A stretch of 64,000 bases of DNA from an uncultured Gammaproteobacteria bacterium (GTDB taxonomy: Bacteria > Patescibacteriota > Patescibacteriia > Magasanikbacterales > UBA922): assembly GCA_964447765.1 (NCBI GenBank), contig CAYUTO010000003.1, positions 8,919 through 72,918 of the forward strand. Direction: 5' to 3'. The first letter of the stretch is position 1; every line of letters starts with the position of its first letter. The notes beneath the pieces are model-generated. The model saw only the letters and a program-made list of their open reading frames with translations. It was not told the DNA's origin and did not search any database. Positions 33,169 through 42,792 of this stretch are shown in pieces. The translations under genes and the position numbers were made by a program.

Positions 33169-33654
33169 TTAAACGGTTAAATCATTTTCCGATTTGATAT
33201 CTATAGCACTTTTGAGGAGTCTCTCTAGAATCGCAGCAAATACCGCAATGGTCATTGGAATACCTGCTATACCCATTCCAAAGATTATCAGGCCCGGCGC
33301 ATCATCTAGTTCTGCGATTGGAAATAATAGTGGGACAAATGCAATAAATATAACCGTGATACCAATCGCGCAATGTTTTATATTCTTTAGAGCCTTTACC
33401 GACAACTCTGAAAAAGCTTTATTCCGATCAATGTAGTGTAGTAGTTTGAGTGATTGCCAGAGTGCAACATAGAACGGTATTGCAGCAATGTAGAGGCCAA
33501 TTATGATTAGAAATACAGACTGAGCGGCATAAGGAAACTCCGCAGACCCACCCTTCCACATACTCGGTAGGGCAAAAATACATAATGCGAGCACTCCTAA
33601 CCCGATCAAGAGAATTACCAGTCGGAGGAAGTGTGTTGAACCTCGTTTGATCAT
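33169..33654 (-). CDS. DUF2975 membrane protein
   Basis: FSELSVKALKNIK, DDAPG, AIDIKSENDLTV. Confidence 0.88.
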   Translation of the reverse strand: MIKRGSTHFLRLVILLIGLGVLALCIFALPSMWKGGSAEFPYAAQSVFLIIIGLYIAAIPFYVALWQSLKLLHYIDRNKAFSELSVKALKNIKHCAIGITVIFIAFVPLLFPIAELDDAPGLIIFGMGIAGIPMTIAVFAAILERLLKSAIDIKSENDLTV

Positions 33655-33799
33655 AGTATGAAATTAATATTTAAAACTATACCTTACTATTTATCGTTTG
33701 TCAATATATTATTATTGTTAATAAAACCTTCTCTCTTTGTCCAAAAGCTGATTTTCTGATATAGTAGTCTTTCGCTTATCACATACCTAAACATACTAT

Positions 33800-35083
33800 A
33801 TGAAATATTCTATATTAGCGAAAACTATATTTTTACTTGTATGTTCCCTCGTACTCACTCCAACAGTACAAGCAGCAAATTCAAATTGGGCACGGAATTA
33901 CTGGGGTCGCTCGAACGGCATACAGGAAAAGATTGAAGCACTCTCAGGCACTGTCGTGGCTTCGGTTCCCGTACCTATCCTGTTTGGCGTGGGATTGAAA
34001 AATATCTCACCTAATTTTGGTGACCCACGCTCGGGCGGACGCAGCCATGAAGGAGAAGATATTATGGCAGTCAAAGGAACTCCTATCATCTCTCCTACTG
34101 ATGCGGTAGTTCTCCGAACCGGTGAAGGTCCCACTGAAGGATTGTATGTATATACTGCAAATCCTGGCGGAGAAACTTTTGTCTATATGCATCTGGATCG
34201 TATTGGCGAGGGAGTAGAGCCAGGTACCGCCCTCACCCGCGGTTCTCTTATCGGTTATGTAGGAAATACCGGAAATGCCTCAGGTGGAGCAGCTCATCTA
34301 CATTTTGAAATACACGATAATGGAGGCGACCCAACTGACCCATATCCTCGAATTACCACCGAATTTACCGTTACTGAGAAAATGATTGCTCTTGAGGCAA
34401 TTCTTCTGAAAACTACAGATAGTGCAGCACTTGCCGAATTTTTGGTATCGAATTTTAAAAGTACTTTCACGAGCGCACAAACTGCAGGCAACACTATCCC
34501 CCCTGCAATTACCCAAGCATTAGGGGCAGCTACCACAAACGCACTTCCCCAAAGTGATCTTGCACAAGGATCAACTGGTGGACTTGTAGTGACGCTCCAA
34601 AAATTTCTCATACAGGCAAATGCTGGAGCGTCAGCAAGGCAGCTTGCAGCCGCTGGGGCCACAGGTAATTTTGGACCGCTCACCCGTGCAGCAGTAGCCG
34701 AATACCAAGGCAGTATTGGTATTCCAGTCACCGGAGTCTATGATTCTGCAATGAGAATTTCTATTTCAAACCCATCCACACCAACTCCCCAGCCAACAAT
34801 CACCACTCCAACCCCTACTTCTGTAATTTCTGGTACTCAATTTACTCGTAACTTGGCACGAAACATGAGTGACGTTGACGTACGCACCCTCCAGCAAATA
34901 TTAAATGCACAAGGATTTATTGTTGCAGCCAGTGGAGCTGGTTCACCAGGAAATGAAACACTCTATTTTGGCACAGCAACTGAAGCTGCGGTAAAAAAAT
35001 TCCAAGCAGCACAAGGTATTTCTCCTATTTCCGGCTATGTAGGACCTCTTACACGCACAGCACTTAATAGTCTAGTAAACTAA
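33800..35083 (+). CDS. M23 metallopeptidase with peptidoglycan-binding domains
   Basis: Signal peptide, HEGED, YMHL, HLHFE; two PG-binding repeats (FGPLTRAAV, FGTATEAAVKKFQ) with a Pro/Thr linker. Confidence 0.88.
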   Translation: MKYSILAKTIFLLVCSLVLTPTVQAANSNWARNYWGRSNGIQEKIEALSGTVVASVPVPILFGVGLKNISPNFGDPRSGGRSHEGEDIMAVKGTPIISPTDAVVLRTGEGPTEGLYVYTANPGGETFVYMHLDRIGEGVEPGTALTRGSLIGYVGNTGNASGGAAHLHFEIHDNGGDPTDPYPRITTEFTVTEKMIALEAILLKTTDSAALAEFLVSNFKSTFTSAQTAGNTIPPAITQALGAATTNALPQSDLAQGSTGGLVVTLQKFLIQANAGASARQLAAAGATGNFGPLTRAAVAEYQGSIGIPVTGVYDSAMRISISNPSTPTPQPTITTPTPTSVISGTQFTRNLARNMSDVDVRTLQQILNAQGFIVAASGAGSPGNETLYFGTATEAAVKKFQAAQGISPISGYVGPLTRTALNSLVN

Positions 35084-35167
35084 GAGGGTAGTAAGTCTAC
35101 ACACCAACAGTATACACAGACGGTTCTTTTTGGGGTATACTTTTTGTACCCTACATAACCTATTCGT

Positions 35168-36154
35168 ATGAGTACACTTTCCATCAACAAAAAATCCCTT
35201 TCTGTGGTTATATTGCTTTTTTTTGTAATGGTAGGACTGATTATATACTTTGCTTTATTTCACAAACACACAGATGACAACAACCCTCTTGATTGTTCAA
35301 AATACCCTTTTATCAACAAAACCATTGACTGTACACTTATTGACACCCAATACTCCCATACCAAATATCTTGATTCTAAAATACAAAAAATAATTGATGA
35401 AGAGCAAGATGCTGGCCATATTACCCAAGCGTCGGTTTTTTACCGTGATTTGAATACTCGCCAATGGTTTGGAATTAATGAGAATGTAAACTTCTATGCG
35501 GCCAGTCTCCTCAAATTACCCATTTCAATGGTTTATTTCAAACTAGCAGACATTGATGAACAATTGTTAAACCAAAAAATAACCATACCCAAAGAAGAAG
35601 CGGATGTGAACTTAGGTCAATTTTTCAAACCTACACATGTTTTTAAAAACGATACAGAATACTCCATACACGAACTTATCCGAGGGATGCTCATATATTC
35701 CGATAACACACCTCTAGTCAGTCTTAATACATTTATCAACACATCAATTCGAGGAGAAATATTAAAAGATTTAGGCATACAATTTAGAGAAAATAATTTC
35801 AACGAACCCATACCAGAAATTGACGTCAAAATTTATGCAAATATCCTACGACAATTGTATAATTCTTCATACCTCAATCTTGAACATTCGAACACACTCC
35901 TCGACTATTTATCTCAAACCACTTTTTCAGAAGGTATTGTAGCTGGTGTTCCAAAACACACCCCCGTCTCTCATAAATTTGGACAAGCAACCCTCGAAGA
36001 CGGATACGGTGGCGGACGACACATACTTCATGATTGCGGTATCATATACAGACCAGATAGACCTTATATTATCTGCATCATGACCGAAGGACATGATTAC
36101 AGCCAACTCACTAATGTGATCAAACGAATCACAGAGGCTTCATACAAACTCTAA
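35168..36154 (+). CDS. serine hydrolase, class A beta-lactamase-like
   Basis: SxxK (ASLLK), SDN, HKFG, HDCGII; N-terminal TM anchor. Confidence 0.85.
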   Translation: MSTLSINKKSLSVVILLFFVMVGLIIYFALFHKHTDDNNPLDCSKYPFINKTIDCTLIDTQYSHTKYLDSKIQKIIDEEQDAGHITQASVFYRDLNTRQWFGINENVNFYAASLLKLPISMVYFKLADIDEQLLNQKITIPKEEADVNLGQFFKPTHVFKNDTEYSIHELIRGMLIYSDNTPLVSLNTFINTSIRGEILKDLGIQFRENNFNEPIPEIDVKIYANILRQLYNSSYLNLEHSNTLLDYLSQTTFSEGIVAGVPKHTPVSHKFGQATLEDGYGGGRHILHDCGIIYRPDRPYIICIMTEGHDYSQLTNVIKRITEASYKL

Positions 36155-36297
36155 ACATACGACGATTTTAAGCTACTTATTATTTATCAAAACCTAATAA
36201 AATTGCCTCTGTCTAGAGGCTTTTTTTATTACCGAGGTCTTGAAATTTTTACACACAGCAGCTATACTCGAGCGACGTTTCTTAATCTTTTGCTTGC

Positions 36298-36642
36298 ATG
36301 CACACACATCACGCGATTAATTACATTGAATTTCCTGCAGATAATCTTGCATTGGTTAAGAAATTTTACACTGCAGTGTTCGACTGGAAATTTACTGACT
36401 ATGGCCCTACCTATACCTCGTTTACGGATGGCCATCTTGATGGCGGGTTTACTGCCGGTACACCATCAGGAAGTAATGGTCCACTAGTTATTGTGTATTC
36501 AGAAAATCTCGAAGCTTCACTTACCACTATCACCGACTGTGGCGGTGAAATTACAAAATCTATTTACTCGTTCCCTGGAGGAAGACGGTTCCATTTTAGA
36601 GATCCTGCAGGAAATGAACTTGCTGTCTGGTCTGACCGATAA
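36298..36642 (+). CDS. VOC family protein
   Basis: INYIEF, FPGGRRFHFRDPAGNELAVWS. Confidence 0.9.
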   Translation: MHTHHAINYIEFPADNLALVKKFYTAVFDWKFTDYGPTYTSFTDGHLDGGFTAGTPSGSNGPLVIVYSENLEASLTTITDCGGEITKSIYSFPGGRRFHFRDPAGNELAVWSDR

Positions 36643-36654
36643 ATTAACCATTAT

Positions 36655-37944
36655 ATGAAAACCTATTTTCAATTACTCGGAAACTCGCTCATTATTTCTA
36701 TCACCAATACCTTTGTGTGGTTTTCAGTCAGTTTCTGGGCATATCTCGAAACTGGTGCGGTGATTGCAACGTCAATCATGTCAGGAATATTTTTGGTCAG
36801 CGTTGCTGTCTCGGGCTTTTGGCTCGGCTCGATTGTTGATCACCACAAGAAAAAAACCGCAATGATCATTTCAAATATTGGTACATTGATTTTTTTTGGA
36901 GCAGCGTTCGTTTTCTACACCATTATGCGCGGAGGATCTTTTGCCTCAATTACCAATCCCGCCTTCTGGATTTTTGTCATACTCATCCTATTTGGCGTCA
37001 TTGCAGGAAACATCAGAAACATTGCAATGCCAACCGTGACCACAATTCTCGTTCCTGCTGAAAAAAGAGATAGAGTAAACGGACTTCTTGGAATGGTGAT
37101 GGGGCTTTCGTTCGCCGTCTCATCAGTTGCTGCAGGACTTGGACTTGGTTTTCTTGGATTATTCTGGATATTACTTATTGGGCTTTCACTCTCAGTAATT
37201 GGACTTATTCACCTCTCCATACTTTCTATCCCTGAAAAAGAAATAATACACACGGCAGAGAAACCAAAAGAAGTGGATATCAAAGGAACAATCAAAGTCA
37301 TCAAATCTATCCCTGGGCTTTTCCCCCTCATCTTCTTTACCACTTTCAATAATTTCCTCGGTGGCGTATTCATGTCGCTTATGGATCCCTACGGACTGTC
37401 GCTTGTTTCAATCCAAGTATGGGGAACTCTCTGGGGATTCCTGAGTCTCGGATTTATCTTTGGAGGATTATATATTGCAAAAAAAGGCCTAGGACCTACA
37501 CCCCTCAAACAATTATTTACCATTAACACGATTCTCTGGATTGATTGTATTCTCTTCACTATCCAACCTTCGATTGTTCTCCTCTCCATCGGAATGATTG
37601 TGTATATCTGTCTCGTACCCTTTGTTGAAGCAACTGAACAGACTATTATACAAAAAGTAGTACCTGTTGAACGTCAAGGCCGAGTATTTGGCTTTGCACA
37701 GAGTATTGAAATGGCAGCATCCCCCGTGACCGCATTTATGATTGGTCCTATCGCCCAATTCATTTTTATCCCATTTATGACCACAGGAAAAGGAGTTGAA
37801 TTGATCGGTTCATGGTTTGGTGTAGGTCCTGGACGAGGGATTGCGCTCGTATTTATGGCTGCAGGGGTCATCGGACTTATCGTCACAACAATAGCTCGGA
37901 GGTCAAAATCGTATAAGTTATTGGGGGAAAAATATTCAAGTTGA
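36655..37944 (+). CDS. MFS transporter (DHA3-like)
   Basis: About 12 TM segments, GSIVDHHKKK, QGRVFG. Confidence 0.88.
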   Translation: MKTYFQLLGNSLIISITNTFVWFSVSFWAYLETGAVIATSIMSGIFLVSVAVSGFWLGSIVDHHKKKTAMIISNIGTLIFFGAAFVFYTIMRGGSFASITNPAFWIFVILILFGVIAGNIRNIAMPTVTTILVPAEKRDRVNGLLGMVMGLSFAVSSVAAGLGLGFLGLFWILLIGLSLSVIGLIHLSILSIPEKEIIHTAEKPKEVDIKGTIKVIKSIPGLFPLIFFTTFNNFLGGVFMSLMDPYGLSLVSIQVWGTLWGFLSLGFIFGGLYIAKKGLGPTPLKQLFTINTILWIDCILFTIQPSIVLLSIGMIVYICLVPFVEATEQTIIQKVVPVERQGRVFGFAQSIEMAASPVTAFMIGPIAQFIFIPFMTTGKGVELIGSWFGVGPGRGIALVFMAAGVIGLIVTTIARRSKSYKLLGEKYSS

Positions 37945-38025
37945 TAGAGCCAAAAAATAGTCGATAGTGGAAGCCATGCACACTTTATGCTATACTTTCC
38001 CCATTAATAATTAATATATCCATCT

Positions 38026-38091
38026 ATGGCACAAGAATCTCACAGAAAAAAAGATGTAAAGAAGCCAAAGAAAAATAAGAAGAAGAAATAG
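38026..38091 (+). CDS. 21-aa lysine-rich micropeptide
   Basis: MAQESHRKKDVKKPKKNKKKK. Extended -10 TGcTATACT upstream and a terminator hairpin downstream. Confidence 0.5.
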   Translation: MAQESHRKKDVKKPKKNKKKK

Positions 38092-38172
38092 TTTCTTATT
38101 TTCTAAAAATATCCTGATCAAATCAGGGTATTTTTTATTACCTCGAAATAACCCCCATTTGGAGCTATCCTA

Positions 38173-38201
38173 TTGACAAAACAGTCAATATAGTGTATAG
38201 T
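38173..38201 (+). promoter_or_regulatory. cold-shock gene promoter with overlapping inverted repeat
   Basis: TTGACA-17-TATAGT; TATTGAC-N6-GTCAATA covers the -35. Confidence 0.65.
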
Positions 38202-38275
38202 TAGCCCAATGTGTAACCACATACGAAAAACAGAGTCGAGTTTCTCGGATTAGCAATTTCATAAAAAACAAATTT

Positions 38276-38473
38276 ATGACAGGTACTATCAAGACCCTTA
38301 CTGATAAAGGATTTGGATTTATCGCTCGCGATGGCGAAGCGAAAGATCTTTTCTTTCATTCAAAGTCATTGGTTGGTGTAACTTACGACGAGTTGAAAGT
38401 TGGAGACGTTCTTACTTTCGAAGTAGTTGATGGCGAAAAAGGCCCAGCTGCAACAAACGTATCTCGAGCGTAA
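38276..38473 (+). CDS. cold-shock protein (CspA family)
   Basis: KGFGFI, LFFH, GEKGPAATNV. Confidence 0.95.
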   Translation: MTGTIKTLTDKGFGFIARDGEAKDLFFHSKSLVGVTYDELKVGDVLTFEVVDGEKGPAATNVSRA

Positions 38474-38605
38474 TAGCTTACCCAAGCAAAAAAAATATCC
38501 TCTTCGGAGGATATTTTTTTTATTTCCAAAATTACACACAATTTTTTTCAAGTTACCTCTTCGCGAAAAAACACATATTTGATATACTATGCTCAATCTT
38601 ATTGT

Positions 38606-38842
38606 ATGCCAAAAAAGAAAAAAGTTAGACGACGTTCGCACATCTTGCAGTATTTTGCAAAAAATTTTGCCATTGTTCTTGGCATGGTATTTATCTGGCG
38701 AGGTATTTGGTATGCCCTCGATTACATCGACAATCTGATTTTTGATGGACAGCATATTGTGACTGCAGTACTCGGGATTATGTTTGGATTCACCCTACTC
38801 TACCTCCCCGATCATGATCTTGATGAAATCAAGGAATTATAA
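38606..38842 (+). CDS. small membrane protein
   Basis: Two hydrophobic helices around WRGIW. Start moved to MPKKK. Confidence 0.7.
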   Translation: MPKKKKVRRRSHILQYFAKNFAIVLGMVFIWRGIWYALDYIDNLIFDGQHIVTAVLGIMFGFTLLYLPDHDLDEIKEL

Positions 38843-38853
38843 ATCTTCCTCAC

Positions 38854-39429
38854 ATGTTATTTTCAGTTATTATCCCTACCGACCATCGTACGCGTGGAAT
38901 TACTCATGCGCTTTCTTCGCTTATGCTCCAGACCCATCCACACTGGGAAGCAATAATTGTGGATAATGAATTGGAAGAAAAATATACCTCTCATGTTCAT
39001 TCACTACAAAGTGAAGACAAGCGCATCCGTTATATCAAAAAGCCCTATCGAAACTTGAGTGAAGCACGGGCATGGGGAATCAGTGCTGCACGCGGCGATA
39101 TCATCACTTTTATTGAAGGTAATGATTATTTTTCACCCACACATCTGCAGACGCATCATGACTTCTTTACTTCCAACCCTCGTCTGGACATGCTGCTCGG
39201 GAAACCCACCATTATAGGGAGTCCTTATATTGAAAACACTCATATCCACCACAAGCCTGTGCACGGTACATTTTTTATTCGTGAACAGGTATTTGATACG
39301 ATACAACAATTACCTGGGATAGAGCTCGGTCACGACGAGGCCCTCTATGACCAGATAAGAAATAGTGGATTTGTTACCAAAAAAATTGCAATGCCAACCT
39401 ATGTCTACGACCGAACACACAGCGTATAA
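38854..39429 (+). CDS. glycosyltransferase family 2 protein (degenerate DxD)
   Basis: FSVIIPT, WEAIIVDN, ARAWGISAARGDIITFIEGND. Confidence 0.75.
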   Translation: MLFSVIIPTDHRTRGITHALSSLMLQTHPHWEAIIVDNELEEKYTSHVHSLQSEDKRIRYIKKPYRNLSEARAWGISAARGDIITFIEGNDYFSPTHLQTHHDFFTSNPRLDMLLGKPTIIGSPYIENTHIHHKPVHGTFFIREQVFDTIQQLPGIELGHDEALYDQIRNSGFVTKKIAMPTYVYDRTHSV

Positions 39430-40135
39430 GCGAATTGAAAAAGCTCTTCAAAAAGCAGGTAACAAAGAAAAAGCCGTATTCCTCAAACGGTTTTTTAAAA
39501 CTGACAAAGGCCAATATGGGTATGGTGATGAATTTATTGGAGTAACCGTTCCTGCACAGCGCTCAATTGCTCGGATGTATATTGATACTCCAGAAAACGC
39601 ACTTACGTTTCTACTCGCAAGCAAAATTCACGAATACCGCCTGACTGCGCTTATTATTCTCGTATACCAATTCAACCGCGGAAATCCTCTCATCCGTAAA
39701 AAAATTTATTCCTATTATCTTTCAAAAACTAAACGAATTAATAATTGGGATTTGGTCGATGCTTCTGCCCGGGACATTGTTGGTGGATATCTCCTCGATC
39801 ATCCCATAGAAAAAACCATATTACACAAACTTGCACAGTCAGAAAACCTATGGGAACGTCGGATTGCAATTGTAGCTACCTGGGCTTTTATTCGAAATAA
39901 TCAATTTCAAGATACCCTCAAAATTTCAAAAGTCTTACTCATGGACACGGAGGATCTCATACACAAGGCGGTCGGCTGGATGCTTCGAGAAGTGGGTAAG
40001 CGTGACCGCAGCGTACTCGCTCATTTCCTTGATACACATGCACATGAAATGCCCCGAACTGCCCTTCGATACGCGCTCGAACATTTCCCCAAAAAGGACC
40101 GAATTCGCTATATGAACATGAAAATTGACCCTTGA
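39401..40135 (+). CDS. DNA alkylation repair protein (AlkD-like)
   Basis: FFKTDKGQYG, NNWDLVD, WERRIAIV, HKAVGWMLRE. Start moved to MSTTE. Confidence 0.9.
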   Translation: MSTTEHTAYKRIEKALQKAGNKEKAVFLKRFFKTDKGQYGYGDEFIGVTVPAQRSIARMYIDTPENALTFLLASKIHEYRLTALIILVYQFNRGNPLIRKKIYSYYLSKTKRINNWDLVDASARDIVGGYLLDHPIEKTILHKLAQSENLWERRIAIVATWAFIRNNQFQDTLKISKVLLMDTEDLIHKAVGWMLREVGKRDRSVLAHFLDTHAHEMPRTALRYALEHFPKKDRIRYMNMKIDP

Positions 40136-40323
40136 TTTCTTTGCCAATTTATGCTATACTGCTCTTGTGTAGGTTTTATAGAACTTTCGTCTAATAAAGG
40201 TACCGACTAATGCGCTTGTGCGGCGCCGCTCGACTTAGAGCTTGGGGATCAATCGACGAGAACATGAACCTTACAATGTATTAATCATTTCCTCATTCAG
40301 AGGAAGCAAAGAAATTGTAAATT

Positions 40324-40602
40324 ATGTCAAAACAGCTCTACGTTGGCGGACTGCCATACTCAAGTACTGAAGATTCTGTACGCGCTGCTTTCGAGCAGGC
40401 TGGTGCAGTAAGTTCAGTCAAGATCATGACCGATAAGTTTACCGGTCGATCACGAGGATTCGGATTTGTGGAAATGGCTGACGAAGCCGGTGCCGCTGCC
40501 GCAATCGAAATGTGGGACGACAAGGAATTCGAAGGACGACGCCTTAAAGTTAACGAGGCTCGACCACTCGAAGATCGCCCACCCCGCCGAGACGATCGCT
40601 AG
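40324..40602 (+). CDS. RRM RNA-binding protein
   Basis: RNP2 LYVGGL, RNP1 RGFGFVEM. Confidence 0.95.
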   Translation: MSKQLYVGGLPYSSTEDSVRAAFEQAGAVSSVKIMTDKFTGRSRGFGFVEMADEAGAAAAIEMWDDKEFEGRRLKVNEARPLEDRPPRRDDR

Positions 40603-40798
40603 AAAGCGAGACGAAAGACAGGTACGCACAGCCTGTTTTTTTGTTGCCAAAAAAAACAACATACAAAATATATGGATAAATATACAATATTACTTGGCAG
40701 GACTTGTATGTTTTTCCATATATATATCGTATGTTAGAGAAGTTGATAAGCTCCCTGAAGATTGCTATACTCCAAACTGCTTTTAATATGTCTATCGT

Positions 40799-41584
40799 AT
40801 GTCTATTTCAATCATCTCCTGGAACGTCAACGGAATCCGTGCTGCAGTAAAAAAAGGCTTTACCACATTTCTTACCAAACAAAAGCCTGATATTTTGGGA
40901 ATTCAGGAAGTGAAAATTTCAAATGATGCACGAGAAAAAGAAGTGTTTGATTTTGAAGGTTATAGTGAACATTGGAATTCAGCTGAACGCCCGGGATACT
41001 CAGGAACTATGGCGTTGGTGGCTGAAAAAAAAGATAAAAATCTTGCGGTACTTTCCCATGAAACTGGAATTGGTAAAAAAGAATTTGATTTTGAAGGTCG
41101 AGTCCACACACTGGAATTTCCCAAGTTTTATTTTATCAATATTTATTTTCCTAATTCGAAACCTGACTTGTCACGTATTCCGTTCAAGCAGGAATTCAAT
41201 GCAATGGTTCTCGCAAAAGTAAAAAAACTCGAAAAGAAAAAACCTGTTATCGTCGTCGGAGATTACAATGTAGCACATAATGAAATTGATCTCGCTCGTC
41301 CAGATAGCAATCACAAAACTCATGGATTTACTGCAGAAGAACGAGCGGACATGACCACATTTCTCAAGAATGAGCTCGTCGACACCTTCCGCACCCTTCA
41401 TCCAGAAAAAGTACAATACAGCTGGTGGAGTCCAATGGCTGGAGCACGCACGAGAAACGTAGGCTGGCGGATTGATTATGTATTGGTAAGTAAAGTTCTT
41501 CAGAAGAAAGTGAAAAGTGCTTTTATTCTGGATCAGGTGTATGGATCGGATCATTGTCCGGTGGGAATTGAGATTGATTTATAA
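40799..41584 (+). CDS. xth: exodeoxyribonuclease III / AP endonuclease
   Basis: SWNVNGIRA, QEVK, GDYNVAH, GWRIDY, SDHCP. Confidence 0.95.
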   Translation: MSISIISWNVNGIRAAVKKGFTTFLTKQKPDILGIQEVKISNDAREKEVFDFEGYSEHWNSAERPGYSGTMALVAEKKDKNLAVLSHETGIGKKEFDFEGRVHTLEFPKFYFINIYFPNSKPDLSRIPFKQEFNAMVLAKVKKLEKKKPVIVVGDYNVAHNEIDLARPDSNHKTHGFTAEERADMTTFLKNELVDTFRTLHPEKVQYSWWSPMAGARTRNVGWRIDYVLVSKVLQKKVKSAFILDQVYGSDHCPVGIEIDL

Positions 41585-41631
41585 AAAATAAAAGTAAAAA
41601 CGAAAAAGGCAAAAGAAAAATACAAAATGTT

Positions 41632-42459
41632 ATGAAGCAAATACTTTCAACAAAACAAATCAGTCAATTTCAAAAAAAAGTTTACGATCACTACCACACA
41701 AACAAACGTGATTTTCCGTGGAGGAAAGGAATTACGCCATACAAAATTGTGGTATCAGAAATCATGCTTCAGCAGACCCAAGCTCCAAGAGTGGTAGAGA
41801 AATTTAAATTGTTTATCAAAACTTTTCCTAATTTTGAATCATTAGCCACAGCTCCTTTTAAAGATATTCTTACGGTCTGGCAGGGACTGGGGTACAATCG
41901 TAGAGCTTTAGGTCTAAAGAAGCTTGCGGAGATTATTGTTACCGAATATAAAAGAAAATTACCCAAAACTCCAGAAGAACTAGTGGGACTCCCCTGGATT
42001 GGACCACACACTGCAGGATCAATCGCAGCCTACGCCTATAATTATCCGAGTATTTTTATTGAAACCAATATCCGAAGTGTTTTTATACACGAATTTTTTG
42101 GTGATAAAACCGAAGTGACTGATACAGAATTACTGCCCTATATTGAAGCCGCTCTTGATGTCACCAAACCGCGAGAATGGTACAACGCGCTCATGGATTA
42201 TGGCACTATGCTCAAAGAGACAAACAAAAATCCGAGCAGACGAAGCAAACATTATGCCAAACAACCTAAATTTGAAGGTTCGAACAGAAAACTACGTGGA
42301 ATGATTCTCCGTGATATTACGAAAGGCCATACCACACATGAAGCACTATCTGATCTATATCTTGAAGAATACGACGAATCACAAGTAAAGGAAGCGCTAC
42401 TCAAACTCAGTAAAGAAGGATTGATAACCAAACACAAAAACATCTTCTCAATTGCGTAA
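41632..42459 (+). CDS. mutY: A/G-specific adenine glycosylase, short MutY-like
   Basis: VSEIMLQQTQ, WQGLGYNRRA, HhH LPWIGPHTA; no Fe-S cysteines. Confidence 0.8.
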   Translation: MKQILSTKQISQFQKKVYDHYHTNKRDFPWRKGITPYKIVVSEIMLQQTQAPRVVEKFKLFIKTFPNFESLATAPFKDILTVWQGLGYNRRALGLKKLAEIIVTEYKRKLPKTPEELVGLPWIGPHTAGSIAAYAYNYPSIFIETNIRSVFIHEFFGDKTEVTDTELLPYIEAALDVTKPREWYNALMDYGTMLKETNKNPSRRSKHYAKQPKFEGSNRKLRGMILRDITKGHTTHEALSDLYLEEYDESQVKEALLKLSKEGLITKHKNIFSIA

Positions 42460-42524
42460 TCATTGACAACAGAGGTATCAATGCGATATAACCCTCTATA
42501 GACCTTTATGTGGAGGACCCCCGC

Positions 42525-42737
42525 ATGTTGTCGACTTCAAAAGTCCCGACTCTTACCACTGCGTTAGCAGTCATCCTCCTCATCGTTGGACTGGCGATCA
42601 TGGTGACTGCCGTTTACTATGATGTCACGAACGATCTGGGGACGGACACTGAAATGGAACGTGCTTTCTTCTTGGGACTCGGATGTTTCATCACTTCCTA
42701 TCTCATCGCCCCAACTCCCAAGCGCCACCACCAGTGA
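42525..42737 (+). CDS. small two-TM membrane protein
   Basis: GGAGG SD before ATG 42525, promoter TTGACA-18-TATAAC (42463-42492), hairpin GCCCGGAC/GTCCGGGC downstream. Confidence 0.7.
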   Translation: MLSTSKVPTLTTALAVILLIVGLAIMVTAVYYDVTNDLGTDTEMERAFFLGLGCFITSYLIAPTPKRHHQ

Positions 42738-42792
42738 TGCTCTACAACAAAAAGCCCGGACTGGATGTCCGGGCCTTCCTTTTTTATATTCG

